Origin: an uncultured bacterium
Lineage (GTDB): Bacteria > Acidobacteriota > Aminicenantia > UBA2199
NCBI GenBank assembly: GCA_942492175.1
Contig: CALODR010000009.1
Location: forward strand, 249,711 to 313,710
DNA: 64,000 nt
Direction of reading: 5' to 3'
Shown: piece by piece, positions 37,797-47,116 of the stretch
How positions within the stretch are numbered: position 1 is the stretch's first letter
Layout of the letters: each line of letters starts with the position of its first letter
Notes under the pieces: generated by a model
The model's database searches: none
The model's input: only the letters and a program-made list of their open reading frames with translations
What the model was told of the DNA's origin: nothing
Made by a program: the position numbers and the translations under genes

Positions 37797-40154
37797 ATGG
37801 GAGATGTTGAAATCATAAAAACTGAAAAGAAAAGTTTTTTTAAAGAGCTTTTGCATAGAAGAGTATTGCAGATAACAGGATTTTATCTTGGCGGCGGATG
37901 GGGGGTTCTTCAATTCCTCGACTGGATAGTAGAGAGGTACCTGCTCTCCCCTCTTCTTGTGGACATGGCTTTAACAATCATTATTTCTCTCCTCCCAACT
38001 ATTGTGACAATTGCATATTTTCATGGAATCCCGGGGAAGGACAAATGGAGGAAGCGCGAAAAGATCCTTATACCTTTGAATCTTACATTGGCAATAGTAC
38101 TAGTTTTTTTTATATTCGGGAGTAAAGATCTCAGCTCTTTAGCTAAACGTGTCTCGGTTGTTGATGAGGAAGGGAATAGAATAGAACAATTGGTCCCGAG
38201 AAAAGGAGTAGTTAAAAATCTAACTGCTTTTTTCTTCGAAAATGAATCCGGAGACAAAAAATCAGACTGGCTCCAATATGTAATTATGGATATGTTCGTT
38301 TTTGATATTTCCCAGGATCCGTTTATTAATGTGTTGTACCCATTCACTCAGGATGTAATGAAGGGGTTTTATGTTTATCAGAAATTCAAGGATGCAGGGT
38401 TCCCTGATGCAACTGGAGCTCCTCTTATGCTGAAAAAAAATATCGCAACCGATCTGAAATCTGAAAATTTCATGTCAGGGAGTATTACCAGCGCTGGAGA
38501 TGAGATAGAGATTGATGTCAAGATATACAGAACCAGGGATAATAGTATTGCCGCAGAGAAAACTTTTAAAGCCAACGATATTTTCTTACTTGTCGATGAT
38601 CTTACAGACTTTATAAAAAAAGTTTTAAAACTCCCGAGTTACAATAACAGGGAGATCATAGATCTCCAGATAAAGGATATGTTTACAAGTTCCCTAAAAG
38701 CAGCCCGTTTCTTTACTGAAGGAGGGTATGAAGTTGTAAAGAACAATGATTATAACGCCGCTCAGAAACTTTTTGAAGATGCGGTGAATGAAGATACTAC
38801 ATTTACCATCGCATACTCACAATTGTCCGAGATCTATGCATTGAACAACAGAATCGATAAATGGAAGTCGACAGTCAAAGAAATGATGAAACACTTGTAT
38901 AAATTACCGGAAAAAATGCAGATGCAGCTGAAAGCAGGATATTATCTGAGCGTAAAAGGTGAGCCTGAAAAAGCTGAATCGATCCTAAAAATGATCATAA
39001 AGCTTTATCCGAATGATACTAAAAGTTATTTCCAGCTGGCGTCACGTCTGGATCTGACAGGTAACTATAAAGAGGCGATTTTGTATTATCAGAAAATACT
39101 TGAGTTAGATCCGGGACAGGATGAGATCTATAATAAAATAGGGAGAGCTTATGAAAATCTTGATGAGCTGAATGAAGCCCTTGAAAACTATAGAAAATTT
39201 TCGGAATTATACCCAAAGGATATACCAGGTTTTCTCAGGATAGGCAAAATTGAAGAGATGCTGGGGCATTTTAATAAAGCCGCGGAAATTTATGATAAAG
39301 CACTTCTGCTGGATCCGGAAAGAACCGGCACTATTCTCTTGCTGGCAGGACTTGATATAAAAACGGGGGAATTCGCTGAAGCGCTTGTGAAATATCAGGA
39401 AGCCCTCGAAACATCAAAGAATAGCAGAGAAAAAGCGTCTGTCTACAGTGCCATGGAAAATTATTTTCAGATGAAGGGTCAGCAGAATAAAGCTGTTGAA
39501 ATGATGAATAAGTTCTATCAGAGTAATGATCAATACCTCCCGCCTCTTCAGACTTTATTCGTGAAGGTGGTGACGGTTGATATTTTCATGAAGAAAGGTA
39601 TGGTGAAGGAAGTGAAAGAATTGCTGGATAAAGCAAGGAAACAGCTGTCCCCTCCTTTTGATAATATAGTTTCTGTCGGATACATTACATATTATAAATA
39701 TCTAGGAGAACTTGAAAAAGCAGAAAGTTATCTTCCTGATATAGATGAGTTTGTCAAATTGACAGGAAATAAGCAATTACTTCAAGTCTCGGGAAGGAGA
39801 AAAGCTGAGATAGCTTTTTTAAGAGGGGAATTTGATAAAGCATTTCTTTACTACAAAGAACTGCTTGAACAGGACCGGGACGGTATATCACTCAACCTCC
39901 AGATCGCCAATTGTCTGAAAAAACTGGGAAGATATGAAGAGGGACTGGAATATATTAATAAGATATTAAAGCTCTCTCCCTATCATCCCGAACTGAATTT
40001 TACTGCAGGCCAACTTAATTCAGAATTAAAAAATAGGGCAAAGGCAATTTTCCACCTTGAGCTTGCTGTAAAAGGCTGGGAAAATTCTGATGAGGATTTC
40101 GAACCGGCCGTTAAAGCAGGTAAAATGCTGGAAAACCTTAGAAAGGGAAAGTAA
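37797..40154 (+). CDS. Membrane-anchored TPR protein with TolB-N/FlgO-like domain
   Basis: N-terminal ELLHRRVLQ...W..LQ and 2-3 TM helices, LTAFFFENESGD, many TPR-like repeats. Confidence 0.75.
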   Translation: MGDVEIIKTEKKSFFKELLHRRVLQITGFYLGGGWGVLQFLDWIVERYLLSPLLVDMALTIIISLLPTIVTIAYFHGIPGKDKWRKREKILIPLNLTLAIVLVFFIFGSKDLSSLAKRVSVVDEEGNRIEQLVPRKGVVKNLTAFFFENESGDKKSDWLQYVIMDMFVFDISQDPFINVLYPFTQDVMKGFYVYQKFKDAGFPDATGAPLMLKKNIATDLKSENFMSGSITSAGDEIEIDVKIYRTRDNSIAAEKTFKANDIFLLVDDLTDFIKKVLKLPSYNNREIIDLQIKDMFTSSLKAARFFTEGGYEVVKNNDYNAAQKLFEDAVNEDTTFTIAYSQLSEIYALNNRIDKWKSTVKEMMKHLYKLPEKMQMQLKAGYYLSVKGEPEKAESILKMIIKLYPNDTKSYFQLASRLDLTGNYKEAILYYQKILELDPGQDEIYNKIGRAYENLDELNEALENYRKFSELYPKDIPGFLRIGKIEEMLGHFNKAAEIYDKALLLDPERTGTILLLAGLDIKTGEFAEALVKYQEALETSKNSREKASVYSAMENYFQMKGQQNKAVEMMNKFYQSNDQYLPPLQTLFVKVVTVDIFMKKGMVKEVKELLDKARKQLSPPFDNIVSVGYITYYKYLGELEKAESYLPDIDEFVKLTGNKQLLQVSGRRKAEIAFLRGEFDKAFLYYKELLEQDRDGISLNLQIANCLKKLGRYEEGLEYINKILKLSPYHPELNFTAGQLNSELKNRAKAIFHLELAVKGWENSDEDFEPAVKAGKMLENLRKGK

Positions 40155-40155
40155 T

Positions 40156-41805
40156 ATGTTTGACAAAAATTGCTGCCATTCAAATCTGAGAGGGTATGCT
40201 TCAAGGGTTGACGGGAATGAGATTCCATACTCGATATGTGAGACATGTAAAAGTATCTGGCTTGACAGGGAAGAAGCCATAAAATTGAGATCAAAATACA
40301 GTGAAGAGAAAAGTAATATGATTTCTGATTACTTCTGCCCCAGATGTGGGGATAATTTTTTGGAGACAATTAAAGATGATTTTGTTGAAGGGTTGTCAAT
40401 TCACCAGTGCAGAAAATGCAATGGGATAAGAATAAACCTTCTTGATCCTGAAAAGACAATGATAAAAAAAAGCGGAAATGAACTTTTTTACTCTTTTATC
40501 AATACACTCTCAGATTCCTTTAATAGAGAAATAAATCGAAAACAAAGTCATAAATTGCCACTTAGTTTTAAAATCAGCAAAACAGAAGAAACAGACAATA
40601 AATGTCCCGCCTGCAGCGCTAAGTTGTCAAATTACAGGGTTCATGAAAATGATGGGGAAAGCGAAGTAGAATTTGATATATGTGATTCGTGTTATGGAGT
40701 TTGGTTTGATAAAGAAGATATGGTTTCCCATAGGTCTGGTTTAGAGAAAAAACTCAATATTGATCTAGATAATATTGCTCCTACCGACAGGACCTGTCCT
40801 AAATGCCGTGATATTAAACTGGTTTCCCTAAAGTATAAGGAACTTGACACAATAATTGACTGCTGCCCTGATTGTTTCGGCACCTGGTTGGACGGGGGGG
40901 AATTATTAGAATTCTCAGATCATCTGGGAATTAGTGGTCAGATGATAATTGATGTTCTGATCGATAATGCTCTGTTTAAAGACCCTGTATTAACAGGAGT
41001 ATTGAAGCAATTCAGCAGAACAATTCATAAAATGGAATCGCTTAACAGGGAGCAGGAGGAGAATCTTGATCAGGCAAGAGAAATACAGGAAAAATTAATA
41101 TTTGCAGATAAAGAGCCAAATTCTCTTGAACCCTATTTGTATTTTAAATATTCAATCCTCAGTCATTGGATCCCAGCTAAAGTAGTAGGAGGAGATTACT
41201 TTGCTATGATCCCATTTAAATATAAAGGGAAAGACCTGATGGGTATTTGCATTGCAGATGTCTCGGGGAAAGGATTACCGGCATCTTTGCTGATGTCAAA
41301 TTTACAGGCATTGCTGAATTCATTTGCTCGACACACTGATTCTCCTGCAAAACTTTGTACTCAGTTAAATAGTATCCTGCATAATTTTACAATGTCCAAC
41401 AAATTTATAACTTTTTTCTATGGCGTTCTGGATCCCGCATCAGGATCTTTTAAATACTGTAATGGAGGGCATAATCCTCCGGTATTTCTTTCTTCAACCG
41501 GTAGTTACGAATGGATGAAAACAGGGGGGAGTGTATTAAGTTTTTTCCCTGATTGGGAATACAATGAAGATGTAGTTTATCTCAAAAAAGGGGACAGAAT
41601 TCTGTTTTATACGGATGGAGCGTCAGAAACTGAGAATAAAGCCGGAGAAGAGTTTGGAGAAGCAAGACTTGCATCTTTATTAAAGAATTATAGTAATCTT
41701 GATATTACTCAGGCAATGCAGTCCCTGATAAGGGATATAAAAGAATACAATCTCGGACAATACAATGATGATACGACCCTTCTGCTCATGGAAAGATATG
41801 AATAG
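40156..41805 (+). CDS. Four tandem zf-TFIIB-like Zn ribbons fused to a SpoIIE/PP2C phosphatase
   Basis: CPxC...CxxC.G.W.D repeats; GGDYF, IADVSGKG, NGGH, YTDG, DDTTL; ATG 40156 one base after the upstream stop. Confidence 0.85.
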   Translation: MFDKNCCHSNLRGYASRVDGNEIPYSICETCKSIWLDREEAIKLRSKYSEEKSNMISDYFCPRCGDNFLETIKDDFVEGLSIHQCRKCNGIRINLLDPEKTMIKKSGNELFYSFINTLSDSFNREINRKQSHKLPLSFKISKTEETDNKCPACSAKLSNYRVHENDGESEVEFDICDSCYGVWFDKEDMVSHRSGLEKKLNIDLDNIAPTDRTCPKCRDIKLVSLKYKELDTIIDCCPDCFGTWLDGGELLEFSDHLGISGQMIIDVLIDNALFKDPVLTGVLKQFSRTIHKMESLNREQEENLDQAREIQEKLIFADKEPNSLEPYLYFKYSILSHWIPAKVVGGDYFAMIPFKYKGKDLMGICIADVSGKGLPASLLMSNLQALLNSFARHTDSPAKLCTQLNSILHNFTMSNKFITFFYGVLDPASGSFKYCNGGHNPPVFLSSTGSYEWMKTGGSVLSFFPDWEYNEDVVYLKKGDRILFYTDGASETENKAGEEFGEARLASLLKNYSNLDITQAMQSLIRDIKEYNLGQYNDDTTLLLMERYE

Positions 41806-41855
41806 ATTAGATTTCAATAAAACTTAAATTCCCCGGTAATCCGCGATTGGATTTT

Positions 41856-43814
41856 TTAAGTTATTTTTTCAGCAATTATCTCAGCTATATCTTTAACTTT
41901 GACTGACTCCTCTTTTTCTTTGTCTTTGATCCCGTCTGTCAGCATTGTTGTACAGAAGGGGCAGGAAGTACAGACGGTATCTACGCCGGTTCTAATTACT
42001 TCATCTGTCCTGACGTGGTTAATCCTCTCGCCCTGGTCCTCTTCAGCCCACATAAGACTCCCGCCTCCACCGCAACAGAAACTGTGATTCTTGTTATTCT
42101 TCATCTCTTTTAGTTTCAGGCCTGCACTTTTTATTACTTTTCTCGGCTGATCATAAATCCCGTTATGACGCCCCAGGTAGCACGGATCATGGAAAGTTAC
42201 ATCATATTCTGAATCTTTATTGATCTTAAGTTTTCCCTGAGAGACAAGTTCGTTTATCAACTGGGAGTGGTGGAATATTTCGGGCATTTTGAATTCCATC
42301 CCTGTAAGTTTTGCTATATCGTTGTACTCATTTTTAAATATGTTCATTCCGTGAGGACAGGTTGTTACGATCTTTTTAAATTTGTATCTCATCAGAGTTT
42401 CAATATTCTGAACTGCCATCATTTGAAAAAGGTATTCATTCCCTGCTCTTCTGGCAGGATCACCGCAGCAATTTTCTTCAGCTCCGAGTACAGCATAATC
42501 GAGACCTGATTTGTTCAATATTGAGATCATAGCTTTTGTCACATTTTTATTCCTGTCATCAAAGGAACCTGAACAACCCACCCAGAATAGTATCTCCGCA
42601 TCATCATGATCTGATGCTTTCCTGACCTCCAGGTCTTCCATCCATTCACCCCTTGTCGAAGATCCGAATCCCCAGGGGTTACTATTGGTCTCAAGATTTC
42701 TGAAGAACTGATTGAATACTTCCGGAAATTTAGCCTCCATAAGGACACGGCTCTGTCTCATCCCGATGATTTTCGGTATGTGCTCATTCAGTACCGGACA
42801 TGCATCCATGCAGGCCCCGCAGGTTGTACAGCTCCAGATCTCATTGTCTACAAATACCCTGTCCATTAGTGGGGGGATCTGGTAAGCCGGGTCTTTAAGT
42901 TTTTTTGCTCCCTCTTTCAGAAGGTCATCTCTCATTTTTGTGATAATTGTTTTTGGTGACAACTCTTTTCCTGTCTGGGATGCAGGGCAATAGTCTGTGC
43001 AGCGGCCGCAGTCTATACAGGCAAAACCGTCAAACAGGTCTTTCCATGTCATATCCACCTGCGTTGTAACACCGAATGTTTCAGCGGATTCCAGATCTAC
43101 GGTTTTCAGATATGAGGTAGGATTTCCGGCTTTAAAAGCAATGTTGGCCGGCCCCATGAACATGTGCATATATTTTGAACGGGGTACATATAGTATAAAC
43201 ATGAATACATTTATGATGTGGAGCCACCATGTTGCTTTGACAAGGGCCCATGATGCGGGAAGCCATCCGGCAAATATTTTTCCTACAAAAGCCACGCTTT
43301 CATCATAGGTGCCGTGATAAGAGATAGCAGCCCCCTCATAAAGGAGGAAGGTTAGTGTTACAGTTACCAGTAATGCATAGATTAACGGAGATTCCAAAGT
43401 GCCGTAGGTGTAGGATGATCTCCTTACAACATAACGTTTCACTATAAAAAATATTACTGCAAGAATGACTGCTATCGAAAAGAAATCAGCGATAATCGTG
43501 TGAATATTTGATGGATGTATATTTTTGTTAAATCCCTCCAGTATATGGAAAACTGTTATTGTATCAAAAGTTAAAGATCCATATAAAAGAAATATATGTA
43601 CCAATCCGGTTACTATTCTCTCTTTCTTAACGGAGCACATTAGAAGAAAAAAGTTTGCAATTGCATTAGTGATCCTTTTAAAGGGGTTGTCGAACCTTTC
43701 AGACTTCTGTCCCAATTGAACAAGTTTTATCCTGTGAACAACCGGTGTGAAAAAGAACCATATAGTAAAACCCAGCATTAATACAAAAACTATTGTTTCA
43801 ATAATATTAAGCAT
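41856..43814 (-). CDS. Membrane Fe-S oxidoreductase (FadF/HdrD-like; NarI-like TM region, two 4Fe-4S motifs, two CCG domains)
   Basis: CIDCGRCTDYCP, CTTCGACMDACP, WVGC, CCGD, HDPCYLGR, CCGGGG. Confidence 0.88.
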   Translation of the reverse strand: MLNIIETIVFVLMLGFTIWFFFTPVVHRIKLVQLGQKSERFDNPFKRITNAIANFFLLMCSVKKERIVTGLVHIFLLYGSLTFDTITVFHILEGFNKNIHPSNIHTIIADFFSIAVILAVIFFIVKRYVVRRSSYTYGTLESPLIYALLVTVTLTFLLYEGAAISYHGTYDESVAFVGKIFAGWLPASWALVKATWWLHIINVFMFILYVPRSKYMHMFMGPANIAFKAGNPTSYLKTVDLESAETFGVTTQVDMTWKDLFDGFACIDCGRCTDYCPASQTGKELSPKTIITKMRDDLLKEGAKKLKDPAYQIPPLMDRVFVDNEIWSCTTCGACMDACPVLNEHIPKIIGMRQSRVLMEAKFPEVFNQFFRNLETNSNPWGFGSSTRGEWMEDLEVRKASDHDDAEILFWVGCSGSFDDRNKNVTKAMISILNKSGLDYAVLGAEENCCGDPARRAGNEYLFQMMAVQNIETLMRYKFKKIVTTCPHGMNIFKNEYNDIAKLTGMEFKMPEIFHHSQLINELVSQGKLKINKDSEYDVTFHDPCYLGRHNGIYDQPRKVIKSAGLKLKEMKNNKNHSFCCGGGGSLMWAEEDQGERINHVRTDEVIRTGVDTVCTSCPFCTTMLTDGIKDKEKEESVKVKDIAEIIAEKIT

Positions 43815-43881
43815 TTAATACTCCTGGATAGAAATTTGAAGTTTAACAAATTGGCGACTTTTTATCAATCCGAAAAATCAT

Positions 43882-43924
43882 AAAAGGGGACAGACACCTT
43901 TGCAAATGGTACCTGTCCCCTTTT
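43882..43924. repeat. REP-like imperfect palindrome, copy 3
   Basis: AAAAGGGGACAGACACCTTTGCAAATGGTACCTGTCCCCTTTT in a divergent intergenic region. Confidence 0.8.
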
Positions 43925-43983
43925 GATTATCTTGAATGGGGGGATGGATTGTGTTAATCTTTTGGGGTAGAAAAGGAGATAAA

Positions 43984-44460
43984 ATGACAGATAAAATAAT
44001 TAATATAGGGGATAATGCCCCCGATTTCACTCTTAAAGATAATTCAGGTAATGACTTTTCACTCAGCAGTTTAAAGGGAAAATGGGTTGTGCTCTATTTC
44101 TATCCGAAGGATAACACTCCCGGATGTACTACCGAAGCTGTTGAATTTTCCGAAGTAAAGGACAATTTTCAGAAAAGAGGAGTGGAGGTGCTTGGAGTAA
44201 GCCCGGACTCGGTAAAGAGCCATATTAATTTTATTGAAAAAAAGGAATTGACTATAAAATTACTCAGTGATCCCGATAAAGATGTGCTTAAAAATTATGG
44301 GGTCTGGCAGTTGAAGAAAAATTACGGCAGGGAATATTGGGGAGTTGTAAGGTCAACTTTTTTAATTTCACCTGACATGAAGGTTGCACATTCATGGAGT
44401 TCTGTAAAAGTTAAAGGGCACGTTGAAGCTGTTGAGAAGAAACTGGAGGAATTGATCTGA
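43984..44460 (+). CDS. bcp: BCP/PrxQ peroxiredoxin (single Cys)
   Basis: YFYPKDNTPGCTTEA, GVSPD, LLSD, RSTF; ATG 43984 after GGAG. Confidence 0.92.
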   Translation: MTDKIINIGDNAPDFTLKDNSGNDFSLSSLKGKWVVLYFYPKDNTPGCTTEAVEFSEVKDNFQKRGVEVLGVSPDSVKSHINFIEKKELTIKLLSDPDKDVLKNYGVWQLKKNYGREYWGVVRSTFLISPDMKVAHSWSSVKVKGHVEAVEKKLEELI

Positions 44461-44472
44461 CGAAATCCCGAT

Positions 44473-46170
44473 TCAGGTCTTAGGCCTTCCGGGATCATCT
44501 TCTTTTTTCTTGAGCTTTTTTAGTTCCTCTTCGATTGCTTTCTTCTCTTTTATAAGCTGCTCTATCTCTTTTTTGTATTTTTCCAGGCTCTCTTTTCTCC
44601 TTTTTTCAATCTCTTCCTGAAGCTGCTTATTCTCTTTATTAAGAAACCTTTTTTCCTGAAGTTCTTTCTCTTTCAGTTCCAACAATCTGATCTTTTCGAG
44701 CTCCTCTTTCATTTTTAACTGATGCTGTCTATCCATCCAGAATTGTGCACCTGAAAATTTCTTGTTGAATTCATCGATCAACCGGGACTTATAAACCAGC
44801 CTTGAAGGGGCGATCTCTTTTTCGATAGTTTTCCCTTTTCTGATCAGTTTTATCTTCACTTTTTCATTCCTTTTTACTTTTTTAAGGGATGAAGTGAGAT
44901 CGGAAGTTGTTTTCAAGGGGAGATCATTGGAACTGATAAGTATGTCTCCTACTTTTAATTGCGATGCCTCTCCTTTTTTTTCCGATTTTACTTTTGAAAC
45001 AAGGAGTCCCCTGCCTGACTTTACTTTAAACTCTTCTGCAAGTTCAGGGGTGAGGGGGATAACATCAACACCGAGGCTGAATGATTCTGATAGATTGAAA
45101 GTATAGTTTTGTATTTTGGGTATAGATTCGATGAACTCGGGTGCTTCTGATAATCTGTTTACTAACTGCTGCTCTTTTATCTCGATCAGCTTCTTTTCCC
45201 TAAGATCCAGATCGGCAAGCTTTACATTTACTTTATGGAATTTTCCATCCCTTTCTATGGATACGATTATTTTATCTCCCGGTTTCAGCATTTTAATACT
45301 GTTGGAAAGGTGGGCCGGTGTTTTTATTTTCTTTCCTGAAATGTCTAAGATTCTGTCTCCTTCTTTAATCCCGCCAATTTCTGCAGGGGAGGTTTTTATT
45401 ACTTTCTCAACTTGTACCACCCCTCTGTTGTCGCTTATGATATTAACCCCCAACCATCCTCTTTTTACATGCCCGAACTCTTTGAGGTCATCTGCTATCC
45501 TGAATACCAATTCGTTTGGAATCGCATAACAAAGGTCCTTTCCTCCCCTCATTGATGATACGATCTTGAGTTCCGAATGGTCATCTTTAAAAGTGTATTG
45601 AGGGAAGAACTTATATCCGAAAACACCCCTTATTATACCGATGAATTCACCTTTCCTGTTTACAACTGCACCTCCTGTTGAACCGGGAGCGACAGTGGCA
45701 TTCAGGATAAGGTCTGTGCTGCTTTTACTACTGATTATTCCCTGGTTAAGGGATGGGAATTGTTTGTAGAACACTCCCACAAGTCCTACCCACTCACCTG
45801 TTCCCGGAAGTTTTCCCTTCCTGACAGGTTTAAGTACCCTTTCTTTGGTCCTCAGAAGGATCAGGGAGGAGTTCTTATCTTTTCCCACTATTTTCACATC
45901 GTGGATATTTCCTTTAACCGTTTCAATAAAGATCCTGTCGAAAGGGTGATTGAGAACCATTATATTTGATAATACCAGATCTTTCTCAATAGCAACGCCT
46001 GTGGCAATATATCTCCTGTGATTCTGAGTGACCACTTTTACAACGGAGGGCGAAATTTTGTCCAGTGCTTTCTTTACAAAAGTATCATTCCTGTTCACTT
46101 TTTCCGCACCATTCAGTCCGGCGGACAGCATTATTAATATTATGTATATGATAAACAGTATCCTTTTCAT
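44473..46170 (-). CDS. Exported HtrA/DegP-like protein with two PDZ domains, degenerate catalytic triad and C-terminal coiled coil
   Basis: PSVV, GKD, GIIS, GGAVVN.KGE.IGI, RGWLGV, SPA..GGIKEGD; SNIMV, SSLIL and PGSTGG at the triad positions. Confidence 0.8.
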   Translation of the reverse strand: MKRILFIIYIILIMLSAGLNGAEKVNRNDTFVKKALDKISPSVVKVVTQNHRRYIATGVAIEKDLVLSNIMVLNHPFDRIFIETVKGNIHDVKIVGKDKNSSLILLRTKERVLKPVRKGKLPGTGEWVGLVGVFYKQFPSLNQGIISSKSSTDLILNATVAPGSTGGAVVNRKGEFIGIIRGVFGYKFFPQYTFKDDHSELKIVSSMRGGKDLCYAIPNELVFRIADDLKEFGHVKRGWLGVNIISDNRGVVQVEKVIKTSPAEIGGIKEGDRILDISGKKIKTPAHLSNSIKMLKPGDKIIVSIERDGKFHKVNVKLADLDLREKKLIEIKEQQLVNRLSEAPEFIESIPKIQNYTFNLSESFSLGVDVIPLTPELAEEFKVKSGRGLLVSKVKSEKKGEASQLKVGDILISSNDLPLKTTSDLTSSLKKVKRNEKVKIKLIRKGKTIEKEIAPSRLVYKSRLIDEFNKKFSGAQFWMDRQHQLKMKEELEKIRLLELKEKELQEKRFLNKENKQLQEEIEKRRKESLEKYKKEIEQLIKEKKAIEEELKKLKKKEDDPGRPKT

Positions 46171-46180
46171 TTATTTTCTC

Positions 46181-46513
46181 CTAAATTGTCCCGGGATCTT
46201 CAAAGTTCCCCACCTGTTCGATCACATAATTATTGGAATCATCTGAAGCGGCAAAGGTAACATAATCGGTAACCGGCACTTCTTCCCGGGCGATAGGCCC
46301 TCCTTTTGTGAACAATGTATCGTTCTTCTCCGGAAGGAAAAGTGTCACGGAAATGAACAGGAATCCTCCTAGAAGAAAGGCTCCGAATGAAGAGGCTGCC
46401 ATGACTCTCTGTCTCTTCTTTCTTTTTATCTTGTGGAACACCATATCTTCAAAATTGTCGTTCAGTTGTTCCGTACGGGTGTAATCTCTGAAAATATCAT
46501 CCCTGCTACCCAT
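46181..46513 (-). CDS. Small single-pass membrane protein (putative anti-sigma factor)
   Basis: Overlaps the ECF sigma stop; basic patch followed by one TM helix. Confidence 0.6.
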   Translation of the reverse strand: MGSRDDIFRDYTRTEQLNDNFEDMVFHKIKRKKRQRVMAASSFGAFLLGGFLFISVTLFLPEKNDTLFTKGGPIAREEVPVTDYVTFAASDDSNNYVIEQVGNFEDPGTI

Positions 46514-47030
46514 TGTTTCCTCCGAATTGTACTTTTAATTTACTTCTCATTTTTTCTTTTCCTCTGAAAACAAGAGATTTTAGAGTTCCTACAGGTTTCT
46601 GCAGAATGTCCGACATTTCTTCAAATGAAAAATTGTCAACCTCTTTCATGATCAGAGGTACCCTGTATTTCTCTGCAAGGTGTGCCAGTGCTTCCTCAAT
46701 GATTATATTCTCTCCGAGCTTCTGCTCATAGGAATAATTAAGTTCATTGACATCACCAAGTGAGAACAGGTTCTTGATCCTCTTTTTTCTGAATTCAGAA
46801 AGTGCAAGATTTGTAGCGATCTTATATATCCAGGCCTTGAGGTTTTCTGTTTTAAGTGATCCGGCTTTGAAGTATACCCTCACAAATGTATCCTGGGTGA
46901 GTTCCTCCGCCTGCTCTCTGTTACCGAGCATCAGCAGAAGATAATTGAATATCTGACCTTTGTACATTCTCATCACCTCTTTAAGTGCCCACTCATCCTT
47001 CTGTTTCAGTTTGTTAATAAGTTCTGTCAT
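46506..47030 (-). CDS. ECF RNA polymerase sigma factor
   Basis: AEELTQDTF, AWIYKIATN, region 4 SFEEMSDILQKPVGTLKS. Confidence 0.93.
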   Translation of the reverse strand: MTELINKLKQKDEWALKEVMRMYKGQIFNYLLLMLGNREQAEELTQDTFVRVYFKAGSLKTENLKAWIYKIATNLALSEFRKKRIKNLFSLGDVNELNYSYEQKLGENIIIEEALAHLAEKYRVPLIMKEVDNFSFEEMSDILQKPVGTLKSLVFRGKEKMRSKLKVQFGGNNG

Positions 47031-47116
47031 CTTACACTAATAAGACTGGAGCATTCTTAAAAAAGTTGCAAAAATAATACTTTGCTCATGCAGTGTCTGT
47101 CGCCGGATATTATACT

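Noticed and set aside
44458-44460. TGA ending a redox gene (possible selenocysteine)
   Set aside because: The TGA is at the normal C-terminus of BCP, not at a catalytic Cys position, and a convergent gene follows
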